IMG/VR virus record: IMGVR_UViG_3300029260_000512
Coordinates: 1 to 42,997 of that record
Reading direction: 5' to 3' (one strand)
DNA length: 42,997 nucleotides
DNA from: a virus
Shown one piece after another: positions 7,975 through 16,654 of the stretch (the first letter of the stretch is position 1; each line of letters begins with the position of its first letter). The notes below the pieces were generated by a model that did not search any database, was not told where the DNA came from, and worked only from the letters and a program-made list of their open reading frames with translations. A program made the translations under genes and the position numbers.

Positions 7975-10056
7975 CTAAATTCGGGGCTTAACAACGCGAC
8001 GGCGGCGGCGCGCTGGGGGCGCGGGCTGTGCCTGGGGTGGTGTTTGGCTTGCTTCGGTGCCCGTGGTGGGCGCGCTTAGTAACAAGTTGGCGTCCCAGTG
8101 GTCGGCCCACGTGGGCGGCGCTTGCCAGTTGATCTTCTCGCCCCCCAACAGAATGAAAATGGCGAGGTTGTAAACGAACAGGTCGAACGCTTCGTTTGGC
8201 TTGCTGCCAGGGCGCGCCCATTTGCCGGTGGCGGGGTCGCGCACTTCGTAGGTCAGCTCGTCAAACCACCACATGCCCAACCAATCAGGGGTGTGCATGT
8301 AGCCCGCGCCGGGCTGCTCGCGGTCGATCATCGCCGCTACGGTGTCTTTCAACAGATCGGTGCCCAACAGGTACAACGGCACATCGCCCCGCGCCCCACT
8401 ACTGCGGCTTTTGCGCTTGGTGTTGTCGGGCTCGGTTTTACGGATGCGGCTATTAGTTTTGCTGCTGCCGCCTTTCAGCAGGTAGACGCGGCCTTGCAGA
8501 CCATCGCCCCCGGCTCTTAACCGGCGGTGGTATTCGTACGCCTGCGAGGTGACGCTTTCGGTGCCTTTCCCCTCCCCGCCGGTATCCACGCCCATAGCGA
8601 GAATCGGCATACGCCGCCCGCTGCCATCGCCTAGCTTGTAGGTGCGCTTTAGCACGTCGCTGGTCAGCAAGTCCCAATCTTCGGGCTGCGTCATGGGGTT
8701 GATCTGCCGGGGTGGCTGGTCACCCTCGGGGCCGCGATCCTCTTTGATGTTGAAGCGGTCCACTAACCACGTTTCACGGTTAGGCCCCCAACCATGCACC
8801 TGCACCACGAACCGGCGGTTTTTTCCGCCCTGCACGTCTACCGATGCCGTGAGGAAACGCACCCCGTGGGGCACGGTGCGATGCTGATAGGCTTCGCCCC
8901 GGTCTCTCAGGCGCTGGCCTGAGCGCTTTTCCCCCGGTGTGCGGTTAACGTAGGGGCGGCCCCAGTCAACGTTGGTGACTGACTGCAAATCCTTTTGGTT
9001 GCCGGTGGCTTGGAATGTCTCTTCGGCAGCGCGTAGCTTGCTCACCAGCGATTGCCATGTTTGATCCGATGCCGCCGGACCTTCCATCCAGAATGACGCA
9101 ATCCGCGTTTCACGCGGGGTGCCTATCAGCTCGCCCTCTAACGTCAGCTCGCAGCCCTCGGGCACCCAGCGGCCACGCTGGTTAAGCTCTCGCTTAACTC
9201 GCTGGTCGACCTCAGCGCCACAGTGCGGGCAAAACACACACCCGCTTTCCATGCTGAAATTCTCTTGGATCGGCTGAAACCAGCGGCGGCAGGCGCTTTC
9301 TGGACACTGCCAGTACAAGCGGCGGCGGTCGCCTTGGTTGTAGAGATCCAGTATGCCGGTGGTGGGCGGTGCCCGGTGCGGCTCGTCGTCCGGCTGCTGC
9401 CAATCGGCATCCAGCACCGGCCTACCGGGGGAACTCTCAACCAGCGTCATGCCGGTGCTACCAAAGGTTTGGGTACGTTTGCTAGCAAGCACCCAACCGG
9501 AACCCTCACCGCCTACGTTTTCCGTCATGCGGTCGTAGTCGGTCAGTAGTACAAATTGGTAGTCAGACGATGCAAAAACGTTCTTCGACGGGTGCTTAAT
9601 CGCTAGCATGTTGCCAGCGCGAAAAATGATGTCGTGAACGTTGTTGTCGTGGCCTCGCGGGCTTAACCGCTTGGTAATTTCGGGCGAGGCGTTGAAGCTA
9701 CGGCGCAAGCGTTTTTTGCTGTACTCCGCTGCTTTGGCCTCGGTAATTTGCACGACCAGCCCATCAACGGGGTCGTTGATGATCTTGTAGCAAATGAAAC
9801 CGTCGACAAGGCCGATGGTTTTACCTGTTCGCGCCGGGCCTACAAAAATCACCGCGTCGTATTTGCGGGAGCCCATGCAGTCCATGGGCTCAATCATGTA
9901 GGGGGTTTTGTCGGGCTTCCAAAGCGTCTTAGTGCCGTTGCCGTGTACAACGTACATCGACTCGGCCACCGCTTCGCTAACGCGCACCCGGCGCGGTGGG
10001 CGTAACAGCGTGGCTATGTCATGGCGAATGGCGGCAGCGTTAGCGGTGTTAGCCAT
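7975..10056 (-). CDS. Terminase large subunit (gpA family)
   Basis: 693 aa. Walker A-like GPARTGKT. Zinc-ribbon CPESACRRW...CPHCG. Sits downstream of the Nu1-like gene. Confidence 0.85.
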   Translation of the reverse strand: MANTANAAAIRHDIATLLRPPRRVRVSEAVAESMYVVHGNGTKTLWKPDKTPYMIEPMDCMGSRKYDAVIFVGPARTGKTIGLVDGFICYKIINDPVDGLVVQITEAKAAEYSKKRLRRSFNASPEITKRLSPRGHDNNVHDIIFRAGNMLAIKHPSKNVFASSDYQFVLLTDYDRMTENVGGEGSGWVLASKRTQTFGSTGMTLVESSPGRPVLDADWQQPDDEPHRAPPTTGILDLYNQGDRRRLYWQCPESACRRWFQPIQENFSMESGCVFCPHCGAEVDQRVKRELNQRGRWVPEGCELTLEGELIGTPRETRIASFWMEGPAASDQTWQSLVSKLRAAEETFQATGNQKDLQSVTNVDWGRPYVNRTPGEKRSGQRLRDRGEAYQHRTVPHGVRFLTASVDVQGGKNRRFVVQVHGWGPNRETWLVDRFNIKEDRGPEGDQPPRQINPMTQPEDWDLLTSDVLKRTYKLGDGSGRRMPILAMGVDTGGEGKGTESVTSQAYEYHRRLRAGGDGLQGRVYLLKGGSSKTNSRIRKTEPDNTKRKSRSSGARGDVPLYLLGTDLLKDTVAAMIDREQPGAGYMHTPDWLGMWWFDELTYEVRDPATGKWARPGSKPNEAFDLFVYNLAIFILLGGEKINWQAPPTWADHWDANLLLSAPTTGTEASQTPPQAQPAPPARRRRRVVKPRI

Positions 10057-10549
10057 TGTCTGGGCTCTCCATATCCGCCGTTGCCGCTTGGTACATCTGC
10101 TCGCGTAACGCGTCGATCACGTGTTGCACGCGCTCGATGGCGTCAGGGTCTAGCCCGGCGTCACGCTCCAACGCGTCGGGCAATGAATCCAGGCCCGCCG
10201 CTACCGTCTTGGCCAGGGTGCTTAACTCGCGGGCAAACTCATGTGCCGGTATCAGCTGCTTGATGGCCACCTCAAATTTCAGGCGCTCGTTTTCCGACTG
10301 ATACCAAGCCTTTCGCGCATCGGGGTACTGATCTAAATCCAGCCCGCCCGCGATAGGCGTCTTTTCACCGAACAGCGCCGGGCCAACATCTGAAAGCGCG
10401 TAAGTGGGGTTACCGCGACGCGTGCCAGAAGGCATGACGCCATGCTCTTGCAGGCGCTTAGCCACGGTGCGGCGGTCTAATCCAAACGCTTGGCCAATCC
10501 TGCTCACCGACCAGTTATAGGCATCTTTGCTCTCGACCACTTCACCCAT
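10049..10549 (-). CDS. Terminase small subunit (Nu1-like, N-terminal winged HTH)
   Basis: 166 aa. The N-terminal stretch SRIGQAFGLDRRTVAKRLQEHGV resembles the Nu1 HTH. Overlaps the TerL start. Confidence 0.7.
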   Translation of the reverse strand: MGEVVESKDAYNWSVSRIGQAFGLDRRTVAKRLQEHGVMPSGTRRGNPTYALSDVGPALFGEKTPIAGGLDLDQYPDARKAWYQSENERLKFEVAIKQLIPAHEFARELSTLAKTVAAGLDSLPDALERDAGLDPDAIERVQHVIDALREQMYQAATADMESPDNG

Positions 10550-10791
10550 AGATGCCCACCTCTTGCGGCGCTGATAACCCCCGCTCAGCTGTACATGATT
10601 CGATTAAAAACAAGCTGCTCGATGTACAACTTGCACAGTTAGCGCGCTGAGCAACCACGCGGGATTAACCCCACCTGCGGTGGCACATCCTGAAAACCCG
10701 AAAATTTCCCGAAATCCGGGACTGCCTATCCCCGTGGTCTAGGCATCACTTGCTAGGAAGGACCCGCGTTTTTTTGCACCGCGTTGGTGCA
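10550..10791. other. Candidate cos / terminase recognition region
   Basis: A 240-bp noncoding stretch upstream of the Nu1-like gene. It has inverted TGTACAT...ATGTACA, tandem CCCGAAA(A)T repeats and the palindrome CCACC-TGC-GGTGG. The position is analogous to lambda cos. Confidence 0.3.
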
Positions 10792-11064
10792 TTACTCGGC
10801 CTGCCGATTGCGGAATATCAGCGCGACGGCGCGGCGGTCGGCGTTGAAGCGGATGCGCAGGGCTTCGTAGTCGGCTAGCAGCTGCAGCAGGTCGCGGTTA
10901 GTGTGGATCTCTCGAACGGGTGCGGGGCGTGGCTCAGTCAGGAACCACGGCAGCGCTTGGGGTGTTGGCTCCGCTGGCGTCGGGGCGGGTGAGGCGGCGC
11001 ACCCAATCAGCAACGCCGATAGGCACAGGCTGGCCAGCCCACGCCCTAGAATCTGAATCCGCAT
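10792..11064 (-). CDS. Outer-membrane spanin (Rz1-like lipoprotein)
   Basis: Signal peptide with lipobox LLIGC, followed by a Pro-rich mature part. The ORF overlaps the 3' part of the i-spanin gene in another frame. Confidence 0.75.
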   Translation of the reverse strand: MRIQILGRGLASLCLSALLIGCAASPAPTPAEPTPQALPWFLTEPRPAPVREIHTNRDLLQLLADYEALRIRFNADRRAVALIFRNRQAE

Positions 11065-11356
11065 CGTTCACCCCCAAGGCCTCGGCCTGGGCGCGCAGTC
11101 GGTCGATGCGCTGCGCGCCGTCGTTTAATTCACGTTCGCGCACATCTAACGCTTCAACTAACAGCCGGTTACGCTCTACCTGCACCGCCAACGTCGCGGC
11201 GGTCACATCGAGCGCGGCTTGTGCTTTCGCGTGCTGCTGCTGGGCCTGCTCTAACTCAGCCTGTAACCCACTGAGTCGCCACATCAAACCAATGCCAGCG
11301 ACCAGCGCTATCGCCAGCGACCACGGAATCAGCTTCGTTAGCAGCCTGCTCAGCAT
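10934..11356 (-). CDS. Inner-membrane spanin (Rz-like)
   Basis: N-terminal TM helix (IPWSLAIALVAGIGLMW) followed by a coiled-coil. RBS GAGGGGG. Confidence 0.7.
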   Translation of the reverse strand: MLSRLLTKLIPWSLAIALVAGIGLMWRLSGLQAELEQAQQQHAKAQAALDVTAATLAVQVERNRLLVEALDVRERELNDGAQRIDRLRAQAEALGVNDADSDSRAWAGQPVPIGVADWVRRLTRPDASGANTPSAAVVPD

Positions 11357-11822
11357 CCCGCACCCCCTCTAAACACACATCACGCTCAACGGCGCGGCGT
11401 CTTGCCAGCCCGCGCAACCGCTCACCACCGGCATACACCCAGCGGGACAGCTCATTGCATGCAGCCTCAAGCTCCCCAGCATTCGCCAGCCGGGCCAGCG
11501 TCGAACGCTGCAGGTTGCCCGCGCCCACGTTGAACGTGAACGAAACGAACGCGGCGCGGGTATCATCGGGAAGGGGCGCGGTAATGATGCGATCCACCGC
11601 GTTCAACGCCTCTACCATGTCCTGCTCTAACAACGCCTCACACTCTGCCGGGGTGCGCGTTTGGCCTGGGGCTGCGGTGGCCGTGTGCCCGATGCATACC
11701 GTCCACACGCCTACCGCGTCGCGGTAGCTCTCCAGCTTGGTGCCCTCGAACGGCACGATGATGCCCGCCGCTATCGCCATTACTGCGCCCACTCCGGCGC
11801 TAATCGCTCTCTTGTTGGCCAT
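11256..11822 (-). CDS. SAR endolysin (GH24 lysozyme, lambda R / P21 R type)
   Basis: Catalytic motif EGTKLESYRDAVGVWTVCIGHT. The weakly hydrophobic Gly/Ala N-terminus (AISAGVGAVMAIAAGIIV) suggests a signal-anchor-release domain. The start MANKRAI is preceded by GGAGAG. Confidence 0.8.
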   Translation of the reverse strand: MANKRAISAGVGAVMAIAAGIIVPFEGTKLESYRDAVGVWTVCIGHTATAAPGQTRTPAECEALLEQDMVEALNAVDRIITAPLPDDTRAAFVSFTFNVGAGNLQRSTLARLANAGELEAACNELSRWVYAGGERLRGLARRRAVERDVCLEGVRDAEQAANEADSVVAGDSAGRWHWFDVATQWVTG

Positions 11823-12093
11823 TGCGCTCTCTCCGGCGGTTGTCAAAATGCTTCCAAATATCGAACGCCAAGCGCAGCCCGACGAACACCAAACCGCCCA
11901 CGCTCACCACATCAGCCGTCACCACGTGAACGCCTCCCATCTCAAACCATGGCGCATTCAGTAGCGACACCACCTCACCGGGCGAGGGTGAAATATCCAT
12001 GACGGCGGCCGCGCTGGCCTTGGACGTTTGCGACACAGCAGACACGCCACTGCCGCCCACATACGCGATCACACGGCCAGCGTCGAATTTCAT
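11800..12093 (-). CDS. Putative holin / pinholin
   Basis: 97 aa. It has a hydrophobic segment (VVSVGGLVFVGLRLAF) and a charged C-terminus, and lies directly upstream of the SAR endolysin. ATG at 12093 with GGTGAG as Shine-Dalgarno. Confidence 0.55.
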   Translation of the reverse strand: MKFDAGRVIAYVGGSGVSAVSQTSKASAAAVMDISPSPGEVVSLLNAPWFEMGGVHVVTADVVSVGGLVFVGLRLAFDIWKHFDNRRRERNGQQESD

Positions 12094-12117
12094 AAGCACT
12101 CACCAAATAGCAGACAT

Positions 12118-12142
12118 AAAAAAACCGCCCGGTAAGGGGCGG
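12118..12142 (-). terminator. Intrinsic terminator CCGCCC-CTTACC-GGGCGG-T7
   Basis: Read on the minus strand, between the integrase and the lysis genes. Confidence 0.7.
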
Positions 12143-12340
12143 CATGTCTAAGCAGAGAACATTTAAGGGCTTGCTGCGGGGCTAAGGGAACGGAAAAACC
12201 CCACATGCCATAAACGATAGATCAAACTATCACTGGATGCAACACATAATGTGGACTTATCGCCTTTCGATTGTCACATGAATGCAAGAGCAACGATGCT
12301 AAACCAACCACTGGATACTCTTAACAGATAGGTTTGGCGG
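12143..12340. other. Candidate attP region
   Basis: An AT-richer noncoding stretch adjacent to int. It has direct repeats CACTGGAT(G/A)C at 12231 and 12310 and the palindrome CACAT-A-ATGTG at 12243..12253. Confidence 0.3.
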
Positions 12341-13609
12341 TCAGGTCACCGCGCCTTGCCGCCATTGGGCGTGCGGGCTGTTGTGATAAAACGACAATCT
12401 TGGTTCTGTCTCGGTCAGAAACACGTTAAAACCGCGCTCACGTAGCCACTTATGCCAGCGCTCCAACGCATCGAGAATCTGCCGCTCTGCGTACGTGTGA
12501 ATGTAAGTACGATCTAATTTTGATAGGGCGTGATTTAACAGCAGCTCACCAGCCAGATACTCCACCCCCAAATCGGCCCACGTTGTACGGGCTAGCTTAC
12601 GCAGGTCATGGGAATGCCACCGCCCACCGCTGGCAGTCACTACCAGATCAAACACGGCTGAACGGGATAGCGGCTTACCCTTCGATGCACCTGGGAACAG
12701 ATACACGCCCCGGTAACCATTGGCTTGCTGATAAGCGCGGTAACGGGTTAGCAGCGTCACGGCCATGGGCGTTAACGGCAGGCGGTGCTGTCGTTTTGAT
12801 TTTGTGTTGTCGGTGGGGATAGTCCACGTGCGCGCTTCCAGATCGAATTGAGGCCACTTAGCTAAACGCGTCTCCCCTATGCGAGTGCCAAACAGCAGCA
12901 TTAATAAAAGCAGGAAACACCCCGGCGGCTCGCACGAACGTAGGGCGCTTATCAGATCGGGCACATTGGCAGCGGTCAGCGCCCCCGCTTTAGCCGGGGT
13001 TTTCGCGTCGATGAAATCACCCACATTCACGCCCGCGAAAGGGTCAGCATCCAACAGGTTCAGCTTGCGGGCTTGCTTAAACGCGGCTTTGATCACACCA
13101 AAAATCAGGCGAACGTAAGCAACGGAATAATGCTCTTGCAGCGGCCACACCAAGCCACTGTCGATACACGCCGGGGTAATGCCCGCCAGCGGCCGGGCAC
13201 CGAACAGGGGCAGCAAGTGACGATTAACGGCGGTTTTGATCGATGATTTTCGAGTAGCGGATAAACGGCCATGGGAAGCCGAACGGTCACGATACCAACA
13301 CAGCAGGTCGGCCACGGTTTCCCAAGCATCGACGCCCACCGGCCCGGCAGGATCGAGCGCCAGCTTAGCCTCCAACTCAGGCAAGCGCGCCAGCAAAGCG
13401 CGGGTGGTCAGCTCCGGGTAATTGCCCACCCGGTGCCAGTGGCCACGCCCACCGGCATAGCGCACCACGTACCAGCTGGCACGCTCACGGGAAGCATGAA
13501 AGCGCACCCGCACCGGGTAGCGCGGGTCGCGTAACTGAGTAATTGAGGGGTCTTGAATGTGACGCTTGATAGCCGCGTCAGAAAGGGTAACAGCGAGGGT
13601 TTTAGGCAT
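12341..13609 (-). CDS. int: Tyrosine integrase (P4-like, with N-terminal arm-binding domain)
   Basis: 422 aa. C-terminal catalytic signatures (GTRIGE..., HDLRK, LNHA....TYIHTY) and an N-terminal DUF4102-like region. Confidence 0.85.
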   Translation of the reverse strand: MPKTLAVTLSDAAIKRHIQDPSITQLRDPRYPVRVRFHASRERASWYVVRYAGGRGHWHRVGNYPELTTRALLARLPELEAKLALDPAGPVGVDAWETVADLLCWYRDRSASHGRLSATRKSSIKTAVNRHLLPLFGARPLAGITPACIDSGLVWPLQEHYSVAYVRLIFGVIKAAFKQARKLNLLDADPFAGVNVGDFIDAKTPAKAGALTAANVPDLISALRSCEPPGCFLLLLMLLFGTRIGETRLAKWPQFDLEARTWTIPTDNTKSKRQHRLPLTPMAVTLLTRYRAYQQANGYRGVYLFPGASKGKPLSRSAVFDLVVTASGGRWHSHDLRKLARTTWADLGVEYLAGELLLNHALSKLDRTYIHTYAERQILDALERWHKWLRERGFNVFLTETEPRLSFYHNSPHAQWRQGAVT

Positions 13610-13669
13610 TGGCTCAAACTCCGAGACAGCAACGCCCCCGCCTGGGGGTCAATGCGCCGGGCTGAGCCG

Positions 13670-13710
13670 TTGCGTTATTGCGTTATATCACGCTAGCGTT
13701 ATAGCGTTCT
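13670..13710 (-). promoter_or_regulatory. Degenerate copy of the dispersed ATAACGC module upstream of int
   Basis: The minus strand reads AGAACGCTATAACGCTAGCGTGATATAACGCAATAACGCAA. A TATAAC -10-like hexamer lies at 13687..13682, about 75 nt before the int ATG. Confidence 0.45.
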
Positions 13711-13921
13711 AATTAGTGACAGGGGTTACTCGATGCGCCGGAACGTAGCGAATGCGTGACTTATGCTCCATATCCCTCCAATTCCGGCTACCAAACACCT
13801 TTAGCTTTAAGCGACCATCCGGCATTTCCTTCAAGACGTGACAACGCATGTGATAACGCTTCACCCATCGGCAGCAGTGATAACACTCCAATAAGTGAGT
13901 GGCGTTTTCAGATGTCAGCAT
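13709..13921 (-). CDS. Small Cys/His-rich protein, paralog of 14546..14707
   Basis: The start MLTSENA is preceded by CAGGAG. 70 aa. The C-terminal motif AHRV is shared with the 53-aa ORF. Confidence 0.5.
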   Translation of the reverse strand: MLTSENATHLLECYHCCRWVKRYHMRCHVLKEMPDGRLKLKVFGSRNWRDMEHKSRIRYVPAHRVTPVTN

Positions 13922-13957
13922 TCTAGGCTCCTGACAGTAAAACCAAGGGATAAGGAT

Positions 13958-13973
13958 TGCGTTATTTAACGCC
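13958..13973 (-). promoter_or_regulatory. Palindromic ATAACGC-type site (GGCGTTA-AA-TAACGCA)
   Basis: Lies about 40 nt upstream of the MLTSE start, inside the over-extended track ORF 13709..14011. Confidence 0.4.
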
Positions 13974-14083
13974 AGTGTTACACCCTCAAGGCGGGCCGAT
14001 AGCCTGCCCAATCAACCAGACAAGCAACGCGATACACGCCGCTACAACCCCGGAAAGAAAACCAGCAGCTAAAAAGTGCTTTT

Positions 14084-14470
14084 TCATAAGCCGTCACGTT
14101 CCCGCGTGCGATCCTTTAGCGCTTCAAGCGCCCGCTCAATCCCTAGCAGCGCCTCAGCGTTGTAGCGGTTCGCATGCGGCCCATCTTGAAACCGCTCAAC
14201 GCGATCAGCACATACCGCCAGCACAGCCTCTAAAGTCACTCCATTAACGCCAACCTCTTGCGGATTACCATCTTGAAAACTGACACACCCCAGCACCTGA
14301 GCGCCACCACTTATCAGCTCACAGTCAGCGCCCACACCAATGATGTAATGGTTCTGGGCACCCCCTGGGGAATACGGGCCGTGAGCGATCACTGCTTGGC
14401 CCATGTCACCGCGACCGTTACGGCTCACGGCATGCCCGGTCACTAACCGGGGTTGATTGAGATTAGGCAT
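14084..14470 (-). CDS. Conserved phage protein, unknown function
   Basis: The start MPNLNQ is preceded by AGGAGG. 128 aa. Confidence 0.55.
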   Translation of the reverse strand: MPNLNQPRLVTGHAVSRNGRGDMGQAVIAHGPYSPGGAQNHYIIGVGADCELISGGAQVLGCVSFQDGNPQEVGVNGVTLEAVLAVCADRVERFQDGPHANRYNAEALLGIERALEALKDRTRERDGL

Positions 14471-14524
14471 CTTGTGCCCTCCTACTGTCGGTTTTGAATA
14501 GCGCGCCAACGCTGTTTGCCTTTA

Positions 14525-14557
14525 TTGCGTTATAGCGTGCTAGCGTTATTTAACGCT
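14525..14557 (-). promoter_or_regulatory. Dispersed 33-bp module, reverse orientation
   Basis: The minus strand reads AGCGTTAAATAACGCTAGCACGCTATAACGCAA. This is identical to the copy at 20162..20194 and lies 55 nt upstream of the 14470 start. Confidence 0.55.
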
Positions 14558-14707
14558 TACCACTCGATGCGCCCCAAAGCGGGCGATAACGCTTAGCTTT
14601 GCTGCCTTCTTGGTCGTGCTGGCAGGCACCACCATAGAAAACGTTTTAGGCTCATTGCCTTCCAAAACGGTCACGCGGAACACGCGGTTAACCGCTATGG
14701 AAGTCAT
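14546..14707 (-). CDS. Small protein (53 aa), not in the ORF track
   Basis: The ATG at 14707 overlaps the stop of the Q-like gene (ATGA). I translated it by hand as MTSIAVNRVFRVTVLEGNEPKTFSMVVPASTTKKAAKLSVIARFGAHRVVSVK. Confidence 0.45.
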   Translation of the reverse strand: MTSIAVNRVFRVTVLEGNEPKTFSMVVPASTTKKAAKLSVIARFGAHRVVSVK

Positions 14708-15129
14708 AGCCCCAGTACCTGCTCAACGTGCCCACGCGCCCGCGCCAACCGGCGGCGGTAGGTGGCCACACCCACGCCCAACGCGTGCGCCTTTTGCAGC
14801 TGGCCTATATTGCGATGGTCATAGCCCCGCAGCTGGCGGCGGCTCACCACCCGCGCCACGCCCGCGTTGTACTCCAAGCGCAGCACATCGGCGGTCAACA
14901 GATCCTCACGCGCCAGCGATACCACCGCATACTCGATGCGCTCTTCGAGCGGGTACGACTCTGCACCCATAGGGGCCGACCCGCCTACGGTCGAACGGCT
15001 CACCACCCCGCCGTTATCGATCAACACGCCCAACAGCGACGTGCCCAGCGCAGCGCCGCCACCCTGCAGGCACCAGCGAGCCCAGCGCTCCAGCATCACG
15101 TCCAGATCATTAGCCGCCCGACGCCCCAC
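14704..15129 (-). CDS. Putative antitermination protein Q-like
   Basis: The N-terminal LERWARWC resembles the LERWGAWA of QuuD-type Q proteins. It is the last regulatory-looking gene of the leftward early operon. Confidence 0.45.
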   Translation of the reverse strand: MGRRAANDLDVMLERWARWCLQGGGAALGTSLLGVLIDNGGVVSRSTVGGSAPMGAESYPLEERIEYAVVSLAREDLLTADVLRLEYNAGVARVVSRRQLRGYDHRNIGQLQKAHALGVGVATYRRRLARARGHVEQVLGL

Positions 15130-15131
15130 CG

Positions 15132-15464
15132 CTACGCCTCCACAATCGTCAGCGGGTACATTTCCTCAACCTGCCGCTTTTTGAGCTTATACATATCGGT
15201 ACGCACACCCTTAACGTCGATCCATTCCACCGTGCCGTCAGCGCGGAACACGACAAAATCAACGATGTACTTCACCCCGCCCGGCAGAGCGATAGGGGTT
15301 TGCATTAGGAACATGGTCACGCGGTCGGCTTGCTGCTCACTCAGCAGGTAGAGGTAATAATTCGCCTCTTTTTTCGAGTCGAACGTATGGCCGTGAATGG
15401 TCACCTTTTTGTTGTTGTACTTAGCCGCATTGGGCGGGCGGCGGCGCATCTTATGCCGTTGCAT
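15132..15464 (-). CDS. DUF1064-type protein (putative nuclease/resolvase-like)
   Basis: KYNNKKVTIHGHTFDSKKEANYY...DFVVFRADGTVEWIDVKG matches the DUF1064 pattern. The start was chosen at MQRHK. Confidence 0.55.
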   Translation of the reverse strand: MQRHKMRRRPPNAAKYNNKKVTIHGHTFDSKKEANYYLYLLSEQQADRVTMFLMQTPIALPGGVKYIVDFVVFRADGTVEWIDVKGVRTDMYKLKKRQVEEMYPLTIVEA

Positions 15465-15690
15465 GACGCGCCCCCAGCCAATCGTTAAACCGCTCCACCA
15501 GCGCCAGGTATTCGCGCCCGGCCTGCTCGTTCCCATCTAACTCACGGCGGCTAAGCACCCCACACGCCAGCCGCACCTCTGCCGCTGCCGCATTCGCATC
15601 CGGCACCATGCGCCCAGTGGTAGCCGTGAGATAGTCACGAAATAACGGGTTATTGCACAGCATTGCCGCGCCGCGTGCGCATCTGCTCAC
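15451..15690 (-). CDS. Hypothetical protein
   Basis: 79 aa. Overlapping start/stop junctions with both neighbours in the operon. Confidence 0.4.
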   Translation of the reverse strand: MSRCARGAAMLCNNPLFRDYLTATTGRMVPDANAAAAEVRLACGVLSRRELDGNEQAGREYLALVERFNDWLGARHATA

Positions 15691-16097
15691 GACACCACCT
15701 GCTTAGCCCACAGCTCAGACAGCGCAGCCTCACCATCAATAAAATGCCGGTGGCCACCCTTGGCGGCGGTCGCCAGCAGATCCCCGCGCACAATCGCCAC
15801 CTCCTCGCTGGGCACGCCCTCCACATGCACCACATGGCCACCCAGCTTGCGGATGCGGTCGGCCTCTACCCGATGCACCACGTGGGCCACCACCAAGCAC
15901 TCCGCCCCCTTGGCCGGGGTCGCGCTAATCATCCCCTCCAGGCGCTGCATGCGGCGGGCCACTTCGGTATGAGCGCCAAAGCGCTGCGCAGGCGCATCAA
16001 CGTAAATTGACACGCTGCAAATCTGCGCATCCCGCATCGCCCGCGCCACGCGCTCACGTGCCAGCGGGTTAGCACCAGCGATTCCTATTAGTAGCAT
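15687..16097 (-). CDS. Hypothetical protein
   Basis: 136 aa. Overlapping junctions with neighbours. The N-terminal LLIGIAG is loosely P-loop-like, but no clear Walker A is present. Confidence 0.4.
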   Translation of the reverse strand: MLLIGIAGANPLARERVARAMRDAQICSVSIYVDAPAQRFGAHTEVARRMQRLEGMISATPAKGAECLVVAHVVHRVEADRIRKLGGHVVHVEGVPSEEVAIVRGDLLATAAKGGHRHFIDGEAALSELWAKQVVS

Positions 16098-16654
16098 TCG
16101 ACTGCCTCTTTTAGCTTCTTAGCGCGGTGCGCCTGCAAATGGTCGTGTAAGTCGATAACGGTGGGCGCGCTGCCCTGGGAAAGCGCCGCATCCACCGCCG
16201 CGCTCATTTCCCCCACGGTCACGCGGGAAACGCACCAGCGGGCGAAATAGCGCAGGTTATCGGGGTGGTTCGCCACGTGGGGCGGGTAAGCCAAATCATT
16301 GATAAACCACCCCGCCCACTGCTCAGCGCAGTGGTAAAGGGTGTCGTCGGTGGGTGCCTGGGCAGGGTCTACGCGTTCTAGCGTCGGGCAATGCACCGTG
16401 AGCGCTTCGCCATCGTCTTCAACGATCACCAGCCCCTGCTCTTGGTAAAAGGCCATAAACTCACGGGCGCTATCGTCGTCGGCTTCCATCAGGTCGCCCC
16501 ACTCCACATAAGTTTTTCGTACCGGCCCGGTGGCGGCGGCCAGGGTTTCCAGTACCAGCAAATAGCGGGCATAGCCAATCAACCCATATTCAGCAGCAAT
16601 AGCGCTCACGCCCTCGCTGTGCGCCAGCCCGGCAGGGTGAACAAACGCGCTCAT
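16088..16654 (-). CDS. Hypothetical early protein
   Basis: 188 aa, in the early leftward operon. Confidence 0.45.
   Translation of the reverse strand: MSAFVHPAGLAHSEGVSAIAAEYGLIGYARYLLVLETLAAATGPVRKTYVEWGDLMEADDDSAREFMAFYQEQGLVIVEDDGEALTVHCPTLERVDPAQAPTDDTLYHCAEQWAGWFINDLAYPPHVANHPDNLRYFARWCVSRVTVGEMSAAVDAALSQGSAPTVIDLHDHLQAHRAKKLKEAVECY

Noticed and set aside
10777-10791. Hairpin GCACC-GCGTT-GGTGC next to a T7/A7 run after the o-spanin gene, considered as a terminator
   Set aside because: On the transcribed minus strand the run following the hairpin is A7, not U. On the plus strand the T-run precedes the hairpin. The orientation does not fit an intrinsic terminator on either strand.
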